64,000 bases of DNA from the human T2T-CHM13v2.0 reference genome, Homo sapiens, in assembly GCF_009914755.1 (NCBI RefSeq), contig NC_060930.1; one strand, written 5' to 3'. This document shows positions 1-13,198 of this stretch, piece by piece. A model generated the notes under the pieces. That model searched no databases and had not been told where the DNA came from. It saw only the letters and a program-made list of their open reading frames with translations. Each line of letters begins with the position of its first letter. The stretch's first letter is position 1. Made by a program: the position numbers and the translations under genes.

Positions 1-149
1 AGGAGGCCTGAATTCTGGGAGAAGGGTGGGACCAGGGATGGGAGAGGTGTGAGAGTTTCCCACATTCTGTCTTAAGAGAAAAGCCCCAGAAGGAAAGAGA
101 TTAACCCAGAATTTTGGAGAAAGTTGTCATTAAGAGGCAGGTGGAGGGA

Positions 150-970
150 CTGGTTAAAAAAGGGTGAAAAAGTGGTGGGGTCGGGTGTAGAAAGAGAGCA
201 ATTAGGAAAAGTGGCACTCCAGGAAGTTAAGGGACAAGTCTCAACAGAGAGCATGGGTGACAATGTCAAATGCCACCTAAATATTATGTGCTGGAGGCCT
301 GAGCAGTGTCCTGTGGATTTAGCAAGGCTGCTGGTGAGCTCAGCACAAGCTGCTGCTGTGGGGTGAGTGGAGGGCGCATTGGTGCCACCAGGAGGGAAGG
401 AAGGAGTGGCCCACTAGCAGCCTTAGTGGAAGATGCCCTAGAGAGGAGAGGGGTTGAGGATTTCTGGATCGAGGGAGAAGACTGCAGGGCTCAAATCCTG
501 GAGAGGCTGGGGAGGAGGGTCCAGGGCCAGACCTTGGGAGAGAGGAGGCCCTGTCAACTGGCACATGGGAAGGTCAGGAGGCAGGCGAAGGCCGCTGGGC
601 TCTGGGCCCTACTGTCCTCAGTGAAATAGCTGCTGAGGATATTTTCTGAGTGTCTGGCTAGTGGTTGCAAAAAGCCCAGAGGAGGTTGCAAGAGGTGAGG
701 CAGCTGATCAAAGCAAGTGGAAGGGTAGGCCCCGAGGCCCAGCTGGAGAGGGAGGCAGAGGTTCCTGGTGCTGTGGCTGTGCAGAAGCAGCTTTCCTGCA
801 GCCTGAGTGCCTGTGGAGCTGGGGTGGGAAGGCAGAGCGGACACTAGCCTGGGTTGGGGATTGTAAGGAGGCTGAGCTGAGCTGTAGGGACAAAGGCCCA
901 GCGATGTGGATGCTGGTGAGAGCAGCTCCAAGAAGTGAAAGAAGGAAGGGAAGCCTGGATGTTGAGAACC
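150..970 (-). mobile_element. Degenerate LINE-2 (L2) fragment
   Basis: Purine-rich tract; 264-370 (tgtcaaatgc...gtcctgtggatttagcaagg...ctggtga) resembles the antisense L2 consensus; boundaries approximate. Confidence 0.55.
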
Positions 971-1084
971 CAGAGAGACTCTGGAGCCCTCCATGAGGTT
1001 GGAAAATGGGAACTTTTTTCTTTTTTTTTTTTTTTTACAATGACTATTTGATTATCTTTGTAGTCAGAAAAAAAAAAGTTGAAA

Positions 1085-1470
1085 AGTCAAACTGCCTGAA
1101 TGCCCGTTAACAGTATAATGGATAAATAAATTGTGTATTTCTACAATGGAATACAACTGCATGATACAGCTTCCAAACCTAACTGTCCCACATAAAAGGG
1201 CTAAATATTATTAGCAATCATTTGTGTAAGGTTCAAAAAACAGGCAAACGTAATCTGTGGGGTTAGATTCCAGGTTAATGATTATGTTTGGGGAGGGAGG
1301 TCACAGGAAAGTCCAGGGAGGGAGGCTGGTACTATTCTGATTGCTGACCTAGATGCTAGTCACATGGGTCTAGTCAGTCGTTGAAATGCACTGGCCTGGA
1401 AATTTATGACACGTGTGTGCATTTTTCTGTGTGTTTGTTCTACTTGCATCAAAAATTGACTTAAAACCAA
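1085..1470 (+). mobile_element. Old L1 (L1ME-like) 3' end fragment
   Basis: aatggataaataaattgtg...acaatggaatac and ggttcaaaaaacaggcaaa motifs typical of L1M 3' UTR. Confidence 0.65.
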
Positions 1471-4400
1471 AAAGACTAACATGAAGCAATTCCACTGGGG
1501 TTCGAGGCCAGTCACTTCTGCAGTCACCTGTAATAGATGTTGGTCCACCCTGTGGTCAGCCAGAAACAGCAACTGTCAAAGTGGTGGTGATCCTTCCTGT
1601 CCCCTGCTCAGGGGAAAGAGCCTCCGCCTCTGTCCCGGTCCCCTGCCCTCCATCCAGATGGTCAACCACACCGTAAACATGAAAGGCCATTTCCCCTCCG
1701 GAAGCCTCTGCTCTCCACCCATGGCTCTGCAAGTTGCACCCTGCACTGGGGGGCTCATCTGTGGGGCAGAGACCCAGCCCCAAGCAGCAGGCTGAGCAGG
1801 GTGCCAGCTGCCCTGGATCCACCCAGAGGGGGATACCTTTTTGTAATATACCCAAAGATGTGCAGTGGATTCAAAACAGCCCTGCTGCGGGTTTTGGGGG
1901 CAAATGTTTCTGAGGCCTTGCAATGTCTGGACCAGAAAAAGGATTCTGAGGCTTTCATAATAGTGTTAAATTAACAATAGTCACAGTGCCTATGGTGGGT
2001 AAAGAGGGTTCTAGTGCTCAAAGTTCTTGGGTGTACATCATCTGTGACCAGGGCTTTGCCCAAGTTCTGGCAAGAAGGGTAGAGGCATCACTCCTGGCTA
2101 AAGTGTCTAAGGTTTCTGGAAGACAACCCGGGGTGGCCAGGCTCTGGATGTGAGAAGGCCGATTTGGACAGGGTGCTCCATGTTGCTTCTCCCTCACCTC
2201 CGTGTGTCATCGGCAGACCGGATGGACGTCTGTCATTCATTTGCAAAATGTGTGTGTCTGGGGTTCTGTGTGTCCCGCGCTCATTCTAGCCTGATGGAAC
2301 CCTTCTGTAGCCCTGAACATTCTTTAATTCCTGCTTCTGAGGTCTGTGAGGAGCCCCTCAGGTGTGGGTGGGGAATGAGGCCCCCTCTCCAGCCCTCTTT
2401 CCCAGCAGGCTCCCTGCTCCCAGTGGCCTCTAAAGCTCTGCATTTAGCTGCCTGTGACATCCAGTTATGGGCCTAGTCTTTTTGTTCTGCAGGACACTTT
2501 TTGTTTTGTTTTGCTTTGTTTTGTTTTTTTCATTTTCAAATATTCTCCAAGGCTTCCTGTGGAGTTTTTGCTCTTTAAACAGTTCCTTTTGATATTTTTC
2601 CTTACCAATGACCACATTTCATCATCATTCCTCTTCCTGAAATGAGGTATTTTAGGGGTATATTTGGGGCCCACTCTGCCACCACAGCATTAAATATTAT
2701 TATGTGGGCATCGGGAGCCTCAATGCCCCGTCACAGAGCCCTCCTACTCCAGGGTCTGTCACTTTGGAGAATGAGCCCAGTTCCTTTCCTCTCTCTGTGG
2801 ATTTGAAAACTCTATATTTGAGGACGCTGCCAGGTGTCTTAACAAAGAGCCGCACCTCGGCGTGTCATCCACATGAGAGAGTTGGCAGTCGGAGCCAAGA
2901 GAAGGACATTTCATCCCGAGGGTGGGTGGGAGTGGCCATGCCAGGGACGACGCATTGAACTAATCACCCAGAAAAGTGATGCCCCTGGAAGGACAGCCTT
3001 CTAGGAAGCTTTGGGGACATTTCAGGGCAATTAATAAGATGGGATATCGTGATTAAGGAAGACACAGCTTTGCTGCAGCTGTTTGCTTATCTACGTACAG
3101 TAGAACTGTGTGTTTACCCGACCCGTGGGCACCTCCTAGTCTCTTATCTTGCTGCAGAGTTTTTACTCTGTTGTGGCCACTCACCACTGACCAAGGCCAA
3201 CGCCTGAGTTCTTCCACTCGCCTTCATCGATACTCCACGCCAACCACTCCGTGTCAACACTTGCTTTTCTAGCCTGGTGGCACTTGTGGAGAGATTATTA
3301 CATACTTGCCTTTTCTGCTACGCCCCAGGCCTGTCAGTTGTCAGATTAGGCAGATCAATTTTGTTGTTGCCTCCCTCTTTTTGAATGCCTTTCCATGTCT
3401 TCCTGATCACTGATTGTCACAGGGTTGGTGGCCATCAGAATCTCATGCAGTTTGATGCTGATTTGTATTTTTTTCCTATTTTGGTTGAAAAACTGCCCTG
3501 ATTCACGCTTCACTCCCAGCAGCTTAGAGCCATTCGTCCAGCCTTTGCGTTTGGTCTCAGAGCCCCACTGTGTCTTGCAGCTTGCAATGGAACTGAGGAT
3601 GTACAGGAGAGTAGGATGAAAACACTGGGGCTGAAATGCACATCTCCAGGCATGGGGTGGGAGGCATAGAATGGAACTGCTGTGTGACCAGAAACAGCCT
3701 CAGGCCTGTGGAGAGGGCGGCAGTGGACGCTTGCTAAGTGTGGATTGATTTGGAGCTGGAGATCCTGGAATCCAGGAGCAAGTGAATAAAGGGGCTAAGG
3801 AGATAGCGAGGGGGAGGCCGAGAGAAGCAGCCTGAGAAGATGCAGACCTCCATGGCGGTTCAGGCCAGCTCAGGGAGGCTGAGGGACGGGCATTGGGCCT
3901 GGGGGGGCAGGGGGGAAGGATGCCTGGGAGATGAGGCCCACTTTTGGACCACATGTGACCAAAGGATCAGCAATCCAGTAGAAACCTGTCTTCTGCAGCC
4001 ACTCTTTTGTAGCTCTGCAGGCTGCCTACTCTGGGGGCCTTGTCTCTGGCTGTGGCTCCAACTCCTGCCCTCCCCTCCCTACCTGCTGCCTGCCTGCCTG
4101 CACCAACCACAGTCCATGTCAGCCCATTCCCAGGCAGGCGGTAAGCACCTCTTCCCTGGAAACTAAGGTGGACACACACTGCCTGTCTCCCTCTGACTGT
4201 CCCCAAATCCAGTGACCTGAGCTCCTGCAGCCAGAGCCTCTCCCGACCCGTTCCTTATCCCAGCAGCTCTCAGCTGGTGTGGACTCACAGGCCAACCACC
4301 ACAGGCTTTGGAGGCACACAGAGGACCACAGAGGCAGAGCCTCATTTCCCGCTGGATCGTCCTCTGCCCGGTGCTAGGGATTCCATGGTGTCATTCAAGA

Positions 4401-4769
4401 GTGCTGCGACATTTTTTATTCTTTGGTATCTAGGAATCTGCGACTTCCCACTTTTCTTTCTCATTCTCTGTCCACTCTTTAAGGCCTGGCTGGAGCCCTT
4501 CCCCTTCACGAAACCCCTTTTGTCCACTCCAGCCCACACAGTCTCCCCAGTCCACTTTTTTTGCAGCCCAGATTCATTTAGCCTTTATTATGCTCAGTTT
4601 AGGCGTCACTCTGTTTTACTCTCTAAGAGTTCCCTAGGCATTCTTTTTCTTTCTAGCAAGATGATAAACTTCTTGAGGACAAGACCTTCTGCCCCACCAC
4701 CCCCCTCCTGACCTGGGGGGATAAATGAAGGGTTTTGGTAGCAATCAGGGAAGCTGGCCTACATGCTAC

Positions 4770-4900
4770 CTGCCTGCGTATGTAATGGTGGCTGATGGTT
4801 CAATATTAATGGATACTGAATAAGCCTGGCACCTGCTGGAGACAGCGATGACATTTGCTCTCACAGCAGATGACAGGGTGATTGATGGCAGGCATCTCTG
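4770..4900. promoter_or_regulatory. Candidate TALE/HOX-type enhancer
   Basis: TGACAG 4871-4876 next to TGATTGATGG 4879-4888; TAATGG at 4783 and 4807; no repeat recognised. Confidence 0.4.
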
Positions 4901-5779
4901 GGTGGAAGCGATGAGTTCTCCAGGGGCGATGAAGGGGTTAGACTGGGTGCTTAGGGCCCTCAAGGGACCTCAAGGGAATGTAGAGAAGCCTCAGGCAACC
5001 CAGGGTCAGGGGTGAGGGGACCAGGAAGAGAAAGTCCGCTCAGGAAGGGTGTAGGCTCGGACACTGTAGGAGGCAGATCCAAGAGGCTTCCTAAGTCAGA
5101 CCTCTTGTCTAAATTGGATGGGCTGAGAGCTTTGGAGTCACTGCTTTGCATACGAGACCATGGGGACATAGAATCCGTCATTATCCCTGCCAGCTCAGCT
5201 CAGAGGTCAGAACTGAGGAGGGAAGTGGTCAGGTTTAGGGTACAGGGAGAGAAGGTAGGACGTCCCCTCCAGGGCCTAGAGCTGGGGACCACAGCCAGGC
5301 TCTGGCATGCCTGAAAACAGGGCACATCGCAGGTGGTCGGTAAAGACACGTGGGATTGAACTGAACAATGAGGGATTAATAGATTCTTCTTAAAATTGTC
5401 TTATGGTTTAAGGAGGGAACAGAACAGAGTTGGAAGTAGGGGACAGGAACTCAGATGTGATTTTAGCCAGGGCTTGGTTTAAGCTGTTGTGCTTCTTCTC
5501 TTGTGATACTAGTTTGAGCCAAGGGCAGCAGGGGCTGCTCCTGGTGAGAGGACGTGGGCAGGGATCCCATCAGAGACAAGCCAGGCAGACACTGTCCAGA
5601 GAGGCCTCTCAGGAGGCCAGGACAGCCAGCTGCTTCTCCTTAAGGAGGAGGCCTCTGCTCCACCCTCCATTCCTCCTCCCCTGGGCCTCTCTCCCTTTCT
5701 CCCTGTGAGATCTTCTGCTACTCCAGCCACAGGAGGTATAGATCCATTCCCAGAACAAAAACTGTCTGGCTGCTCCTGA

Positions 5780-6120
5780 AACACTTTTTCTCCTATGCAC
5801 TACTGGCTCATCCTCATGCCTCCAGCTCAGCTTAGACATCCCCCTTGAAAAGGTCTTCTCTGAGTTCCTGTGGCTCCTGGGCCCATGCCCAAGGCTGCCC
5901 TGTCACACTGGTCCCCGTATTTTCTTCACAGCACTTATCATTGTCTGAATTTATCTCATCCACCTCTTCTCTTTGTTGGGTATCTCTCTTGCTTCCTTAG
6001 AAGGGAAGCTCCATGCAGGGTTGTGGTCATTCTCGACCATGTTGTGCCCCAGCTTCTAGAACAGGGCCCACATAGACAGTGGCCAGTGAGTATTTGTTGA
6101 ATGGATGAGTGGGTGGATGA
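5780..6120 (+). mobile_element. L2 3' end
   Basis: ttcttcacagcacttatca...aagctccatgcaggg...agtatttgttgaatggatga, characteristic L2 terminus. Confidence 0.75.
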
Positions 6121-7660
6121 CAGCACTTGGGAAGGCACCAAGTCTCAAGTGGGGTGGGATTGGGGTGGGGTCCTAGCAAACCTCCTTGTCTCTCATCCAG
6201 GACAGAATAGAGCTGTCCTGTGGGGGAGCTGCTCACTGGGGAGAGGGCCTGTTGGGCCCTGGTAGAAAATCCATTCTGGGCCTGGGCCGGCCACTGCTTG
6301 CCCCCTGACAGATGGTATGCTAAGCAATCTGTGAAATGGGATGCAACACAAGTTTCATTTGAGCCTGAACCCCCAGAGGCAGGGAGAAGAAGAACCAAAA
6401 ATGTGTAGTCCTGCTCCCCTACCCAGGCACAGGCCTGCTGCCCTCGAGGGCCAGACAGTGCAGAGGGGACTCTGAGGGTGGGGGAGAGAGAGGCGTGGTC
6501 CCCGGCCTCTGATGGAGTGGGAAGTGTGGTGCTGTGCACAGTGAACCTATGGGGTTTACTAGACAGTGGCCTGTCTAGCAATGGGCAGCAGGGAGAGAGC
6601 AGGGTTTCCAGACAGGCCTTTAGTTAGGTGCCCAGGCACAGGCAGGGCTGTCACACCTGTCTGCCCCGGCCCCCGAGCATTTTGGGGATTTTGGATGGTG
6701 GCTCACCCTGACCTCTTTCCAGCTTTAGCACGAGAGTCCCAGCCCCATTTTCTTTCCTAGCTAACTGTACCATCACTGCCACATCAGGGCCCCCAATACA
6801 ATAAGGAGTTAAAGGAAAAGAGGCTACCTTGAGATCCCCCTCTACCCGCCAGCCCACAGGGTTCCCCCACCTCAGAGTTCAGGAAGTATTGGTAAATGGA
6901 GGCAGGAGTGGGGCAGGGATCCTCGGGGGAAGATCTTAAGAACTTCACCATGGAATTAGCTGATGACACTGGTGTCTTTCTTCTAAGGGGTGCCTATCCT
7001 TTTTCTATGCTTGCTAGGGAGCTTGAATCTTTTCTTTTTAAGAGAGAAAATTTCTGGGCTTGGGAAAGAGGAGCCTCAAGCTGACACTGGTCTGAGTGGG
7101 AAAATTTGGGGCTGAAGTCCTTCCCTTGAAAATGTGTCTGCTGGGCAATGCTGAGCAAAATTCCACAAAGGAGAGAAAGGGTGGAGGAGGGCAGATTGCC
7201 CTTCACCTACCTCTGCGTCTTCTTTGCCTGCCCAGCCTTAGCTGGGCCCCACACCACTAATGGAATTTCCATCCTCATCCCATAGCATCCCCAAAGAACA
7301 TTCAAGTCTGAGCCTCAAGGAGCCTCTGCGACTCGGTGTCTAGATCCAGGAAATGGAGAATGAGCCGTGACTTTGGATGCTTCACTCTTGTCCATCAGGC
7401 TCGGAATTGGTGAGCATCTCCCACATTACCGTCTCCAACGGAACAAGGTGCCCCATTGGACATTTCCTCTGCATGGACCAGCCATTCTCCAAATCTGCCC
7501 CCATGTCACCCCAGCTCCCCATCGCAGTCACTTCTCACTCCTTGTCCCCTGTCCCCCTGAGTGACAGGACTTTTGCCAGTTAGGTCCTGTCCCTGTTTCT
7601 GATCTTGGGTCCATTCCCCATGGTCCCTTTCTTGCTTGTGCCTTGGGATCTCAGGCCTGT

Positions 7661-8083
7661 TGAAGTAGGAGGCAGGACTCAACTTCAGACCAGATTGAAG
7701 ACTGGCTGACACAGAAGAGGCACCAAAAGCACCTCTCTCTCCATAAGACATGCCCACCAGTGCCATGACAGTTTACCATTGCTATGGCAATGCCCAGAAG
7801 TTCTCACCCCTTTTCCAGACATTTCTGCATAATCTACCCCTCAATTGGCATGTGATCAAAAGTGGGTGTCAAAATGACTGTGGAACTGTCCCTGAGCTGC
7901 TACTCTTGACATGCTGGTTACAGGGTAGCCCGGCTCTGCAGGGACAGTCACGGAGCTGAAAAACTGCTGCCTAATGAAGCTGTTTTCTTCTACCACCGGC
8001 TCACCCTCAAATTATTTCCTGAGCGAACTCAAGAACCTTCCTGGGCTAAGCCCCAATTTTGGGGCTCGCCTGCCCCTGCATCA
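7661..8083 (+). mobile_element. ERV1 (MER4-group; MER66/MER41-like) solo LTR
   Basis: TG...CA termini (tgaagtaggaggcaggactc ... gccccaattttggggctcgcctgcccctgcatca); internal gtttaccattgctatggcaa motif. Confidence 0.75.
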
Positions 8084-9449
8084 CAGCTTCCTCTTCTGTT
8101 CACAGCTGCAACCGCCTACTCAACCTTCTGCGGTTCCTCTCCCTGCCCCTCCACAGTGGCTGCTGATGGGAGCTCTGGCTCCCTGCGTTTTCACTATCTC
8201 CCAGTCAAATGCAGAGTCCCTGTGCAATTTAAATGCTTCTCAGCTAAGAACAGAGAAGGGGATAGCATAAGGATATTCAAAAGATTCAAGAAATCTCAAA
8301 AGTGATCACAAAACATTTGTCTCTGACCAACCAGAAACATCGACGGGTGAGAAGGGCATTTCCTCTAGCTGAATTCTTCATGGGTCTTCAGGCTCTGTTT
8401 TCACTTTGGATTTTCTGGAGTCTCCTGAAGGTTACCTGAAATCTTGTTGGTCCTGAATATTGTATGTGGAGTCCCAAGCTGCAAGAAGTCAGTGGGGCTG
8501 GACGGGAGCCAAAATCAGAGACTCAAGCAGCACAGCTGGGCCCCATTGAAAGTGAGACCAGCTGTCCCAGTTGGAAGCTGGGGTATAGAGCTGGGGATGG
8601 GTGGAGGCAGTGACAGGCTCCATGTATTGGTCATTCAGACTCCCCAGCAGCCTCAGGACCCAACTCCCACAGGTCAGAGAAGACCTGGTGGAGGGCCTTA
8701 TGCAAACCTCAGTGGGTGATGCAGGAGGGAGTTTTCTGAGCAGGAATGCCAACAAAAAAGGCCTTCAAAGGAAGGCCCTGCTTGGGACAATCCTGCCTCT
8801 TTATGGTCTGGTTCACAGGTTCCCCTGGGTGGGGTAATGGAATCCAAGCTAAGGTGTCTGACTTCAAAAGTTTTCAGAAATGCCACTTTTGTAAGCATCA
8901 GGGATTGGGTTTTCTGAGATGCAAAACATCTTTGTTAAGGGGTTAAAGCATCCTTAAGCTGTTTAGGTTTCTGGGGATACATAGACTTAGGAAGTTAGAG
9001 CAGGTGAAGTTGAGGGGGATGGGAACTAAGAATTAGCTCAAAATAGTCACCAATGCAGAAACCCAGGCACTTGGGACCCTGACAGTGGGGAAGGCAGAGG
9101 AGTAACTGTGGGGACTTGGGCACCCTATTAGCAGAATGGGGTAACAGAGAAGGCAAGAATTGCTTCCCAGGAGACTGGGCTGGGAACAGGAAGGGGACTA
9201 AAATGCTGTCCCTGGCTGAAGAGTGTGGAGGTATAGAGGAGCTGGTAGCAGGGCTCTGAATCCATACACGAGAGCAAGGACCAGTGGTTTCAGGGTGGGA
9301 TAGGGCTTTGATGTCTTCATGGACTTAGGGTAATATTCACCACCATGGTGAATTCCACAAAGGAGAATTCACACAAAGGTCTCGGACCAGCCAGTTTCCA
9401 TGTGAAAAAGCCATCTGGGAGCAAGGGAACAAACCCAGGAATACAACTG

Positions 9450-10560
9450 TATTGGGGGAAATTCAGCCAGACATAGGGCAAAATTCACCCCCAATATTTC
9501 ATGTAGGTTCTTTTCTATTTTCCGTAAGTGTCGGCCGGTCTGAGAAATAAAGGGACAGAGCTCAAAAGAGAGAAATTTTAAAGCTGGGTGTCTGGGGGAG
9601 ACATCACATGTCGGCAGGTTCCGTGATGCCCCCCGAGCCGTAAAACCAGCAAGTTTTTATTCGTGATTTTCAAAAGGGGAGGGGGAGTGTATGAATAGGG
9701 TGTGGGTCACAGAGATCACATGCTTCACAAGATAATAAGATATCACAAGGCAAATGGAGGCAGGGCGAGATCACAGGACCACAGGACCGGGGCGAAATTA
9801 AAATTGCTAATGAAGTTTCGGGCATGCATTTTCATTGATAACATCTTATCAGGAGACAGGGTCTGAGAGCAGACAACCGGTCTGACCAAAATTTATTAGG
9901 CGGGAATTTCCTCGTCCTAATAAGCCTGGGAGCGCTATGGGAGACTGGGGCTTATTTCATCCCTACAGCTTTGACCATAAAAGACGGCCGCCCCCCGAAG
10001 CGGCCATTTCGGAGGCCTACCCTCAGGGACACATTCTCTTTCTCAGGGATGTTCCTTGCTGAGAAAAAAAATTTAGCGATATTTCTCCCATTTGTTTTTG
10101 AAAGAAGAAAAATATGGCTCTGTTCTGCCTGGCTCACCGGCAGTCAGAGTTTAAGGTTATCTCTCTTGCTCCCTGAACATTGCTGTTATCCTGTTCTTTT
10201 TTCAAGGTGCCCAGATTTCATATTGTTCAAACACACATGCTCTACAAACAATTTGTGCAGTTAACGCAATCATCACAGGGTCCTGAGGCGACATACATCC
10301 TCCTCATTTTACAAAGATGATGGGATTAAGAGATTAAAGACAGGCATAGGAAATCACAAGGGTATTGATTGGGGAAGTGATAAGTGTCCATGAAATCTTC
10401 ACAATTTATGTTCAGAGATTGCAGTAAAGACAGGCGTAAGAAATTATAAAAGTATTAATTTGGGGAACTAATAAATGTCCATGAAATCTTCACAATCCAC
10501 AATTATTCTGCCATGGCTTCAGCCGGTCCCTCCATTTGGGGTTCCTGACTTCCCGCAACA
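9450..10560 (-). mobile_element. MER11 solo LTR (ERVK/HML-8), probably MER11C-like
   Basis: Reverse complement starts tgttgcgggaagtcagg...ggagggaccggctgaagccatggcag; typical internal repeat; 6-bp TSD caactg (9444-9449)/caagtg (10561-10566). Confidence 0.92.
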
Positions 10561-12589
10561 CAAGTGGAGAGAGAGGTGGCCTGACATTATGGCTAAGTTG
10601 ATATGGAAGCATTCTGGTTTGTTCTAGAAAAAATGAAAGAGGTGGTGCAGGTAATCATCAGCTCCTGGTTCTGTAGCAAGGCTTTTGCTGCAATCCCAGG
10701 AGGTAGCAACCTAGGCTTTGGTTCTGAAAGAAGAGGGTCTACCTTCCTGAATCATTTTTAGGAGTCTGCTGATGGCCAGGCTTGGTGAGTTGGACTCTGT
10801 AAGGAATTTTTATTTAAGTGAGGTCTGGGTAGGAAAAGAGAAGGGAAAAACTTGACCCTGCCTGCACCAAAGGATTCTGGGAAGGAGAATAAAGAGAAAA
10901 ACCCTTCTTCATGTTTCTGCTTCAGAGCAGGAGAACCATCACAAGCTAAGTAAAGTCAATGAAGGGCGAGTGGCCCTATGGCCACCTGGGCACACACCTG
11001 CCCCTTGGCCACCTTGCATAGGCAGGCTGAGGAGGTCACTAAGGCTTGGTTTTCCTGACCTGCCCTGATTCCACATGCTGTAAGGAGGACCCAGAAGGCT
11101 GTGTGGCTACAGAGGTGCCCAGCATGGTGGGGGTCACTTCAGTGTGGACACTAGACTGGACCGCGTGGAACTACAACCAGCTCAGAGCGCCAGCCAGAGT
11201 GCTGTTCTGGCCAGAAGGAGGAACCAAGACCCACACCCAGGAGGACAATGAGCCCCTCTCTGCAGACAGGAGCCAGCCACACCTGGGGTCTGGGGAGACT
11301 CTTCCTGATTCCAAATGGGACTGAACTTTAAACCAGACTGGGCATTTGAGCAATTTTTTAAAAGCTGTCAACCAAATAAAGGAATGCCATTTTCTTTACC
11401 CAGTCATTGTGTTGGTTAAAGGTTGCAGACCTGGCTGCCTAGTGCCCACCATCATTATCAGGGTATGTAGCTCTTCAAGCTCCAAGAGGCTTCCTTAGCT
11501 GCCAGCATCCCCTGGTCTTTTCCAAGGTGTTGACAGGGTCTTTAGTGTTGAGAAACAGGGAGCAAAGTGCTGACATTGAAAAACGGGGCCCAGCCCCGGC
11601 CAGGCCTTGGGCTGTAAGTCCCGTGTCCTGCCAGACGGTCTAGGACCCAACAGTCTGGTGGATCAGCCAAATGTGCACCTCTGGGCTTGGACTTCAGAGG
11701 CTGAGCCTGGCTTACGACCACCAGCTCACACCCCCCAGCTCACGGCCCCCAACTCGGGGTCCAGATGACCTCAGGAGGCTGGGTCAGGGGACTGCCTCCT
11801 CAGGGTCAGGGGACAAGCCTTGTGGTCAGTGGGTTTCCATGGCAGCCCACAACCAAGGGGAGTAGGGCCAGACAAGAGTCAGCGATCACACACTAACCCC
11901 TCCTCCAGGCCTGGGGAGAACTAAGGGAGCCTCAACCCAGACTGAAGGTTACACCATAAAATAACAGACACTCAAAGAGCCTGGGGATCTCCTGACTGTG
12001 CTCCCAGCCTAGGACTGTGCCTGGAGTGGGGTCTCCAGAGCAGGGATGATGGCACAGGTTGGGGGGGTGGGCGGTGGGGAGGAGATGCCTCATGTCCACA
12101 GTGAGGAGCCACGACATCCCAGGAGAGTGGAAAATCTCCCCCGGGACTTGCTCCATGGGCCAGGCACAGCAGCCATGCCCACTGCTATGTGGAGGTAGGC
12201 AGTCCAGGGCTGGGGCCCAGGCCATCGGGACCCCATCCATCTTTCTGCTATCCTTAGTGTGTCACCTCCATCTTCGTGGTCACAAGTGCTGATGTTCCTC
12301 AAGGCCCCATGCCCAGAGGAAAGAGATAGAGGCCAACAGGCAGGCTGGGCCTGTTTAGGCCTCACACCTTCTGCTCACATCTCCTCCAGCAGTGCCACCT
12401 TGGACATTCCCTGAGCGCAGTCACTACTGATGGCCAGGGAGGAGGGGTCCTGGGCACAGCATCCTGACCATGTCTTGACATAGCTGCCTCTGCCATCAGC
12501 TTTTCCCCAGGCCTCCTTGTCCCCTCCTCCCTCCCTGGAAAGGCCCCTCATGTTGAGAGCAGAGTCGTGGCTTCACCAACCTTCCTGCC

Positions 12590-13140
12590 GATTGGGCTGT
12601 TACTGCAGAGTCGGTGGAAGGTAAGAAGGACGGTCCCTGCCATTACAAGAGGGCCCTGCAGTGCAGTGTTTCAGGATGGGGCCACACAGCGCATTGGAAA
12701 GCACAAAGGAGAGGAGCAAATCCCAGCCTAGAGGGGGCAACAGGCAGAGGGAGCTTCCAGGAGGTAGAGATGTCTAAACTAAGACCTCAAGGGTGGACAG
12801 GAGCAAGCCAAGTGAAAGGATCTGGGAGGGCAGCGGATGACATTAGGAGCTGGGAGGAACTAGCTGGGGTGTTGCCTGAAGAAGTTGGGGGCAGGCAGGC
12901 CAGTGTACACAGGGCTCTGTGGGCCCAGCAAAGAGGAGTGACCAGAGGCACGATCTGGTGTGGGCTGGAGAAAGGCCTTGGCCTGCAGGTGGCACAGGCC
13001 AGGCTGGAGGCAGAGGGCTGTTTAGGAGACCATTTCGGTTATAAAGCAGGGATGACAGAAGCTGGGCTCGGGAAACTGATGGAGACAGAGACTTGGAAGA
13101 CACAAGGCTTAAAGACTGATGAAGGGGTAGAGGTGGCTAG
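12590..13140 (-). mobile_element. L2 fragment
   Basis: gggagcttccaggaggtagagatgtctaaactaagacctcaagg matches antisense L2. Confidence 0.6.
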
Positions 13141-13141
13141 T

Positions 13142-13198
13142 GAGAGAGAGAGAGACAGACAGACAGACATAGGGAGAGAGATGGACAGAGACAGAGAA
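13142..13198. repeat. (GA)n/(GACA)n simple repeat
   Basis: gagagagagagagacagacagacagac... seen directly. Confidence 0.8.

Noticed and set aside
10330-10500. Internal ~75-bp direct repeat
   Set aside because: Normal feature of the MER11 consensus.
9050-10930. Possible CR1/L3 remnant flanking the MER11
   Set aside because: Only a vague resemblance; cannot be supported without an HMM search.
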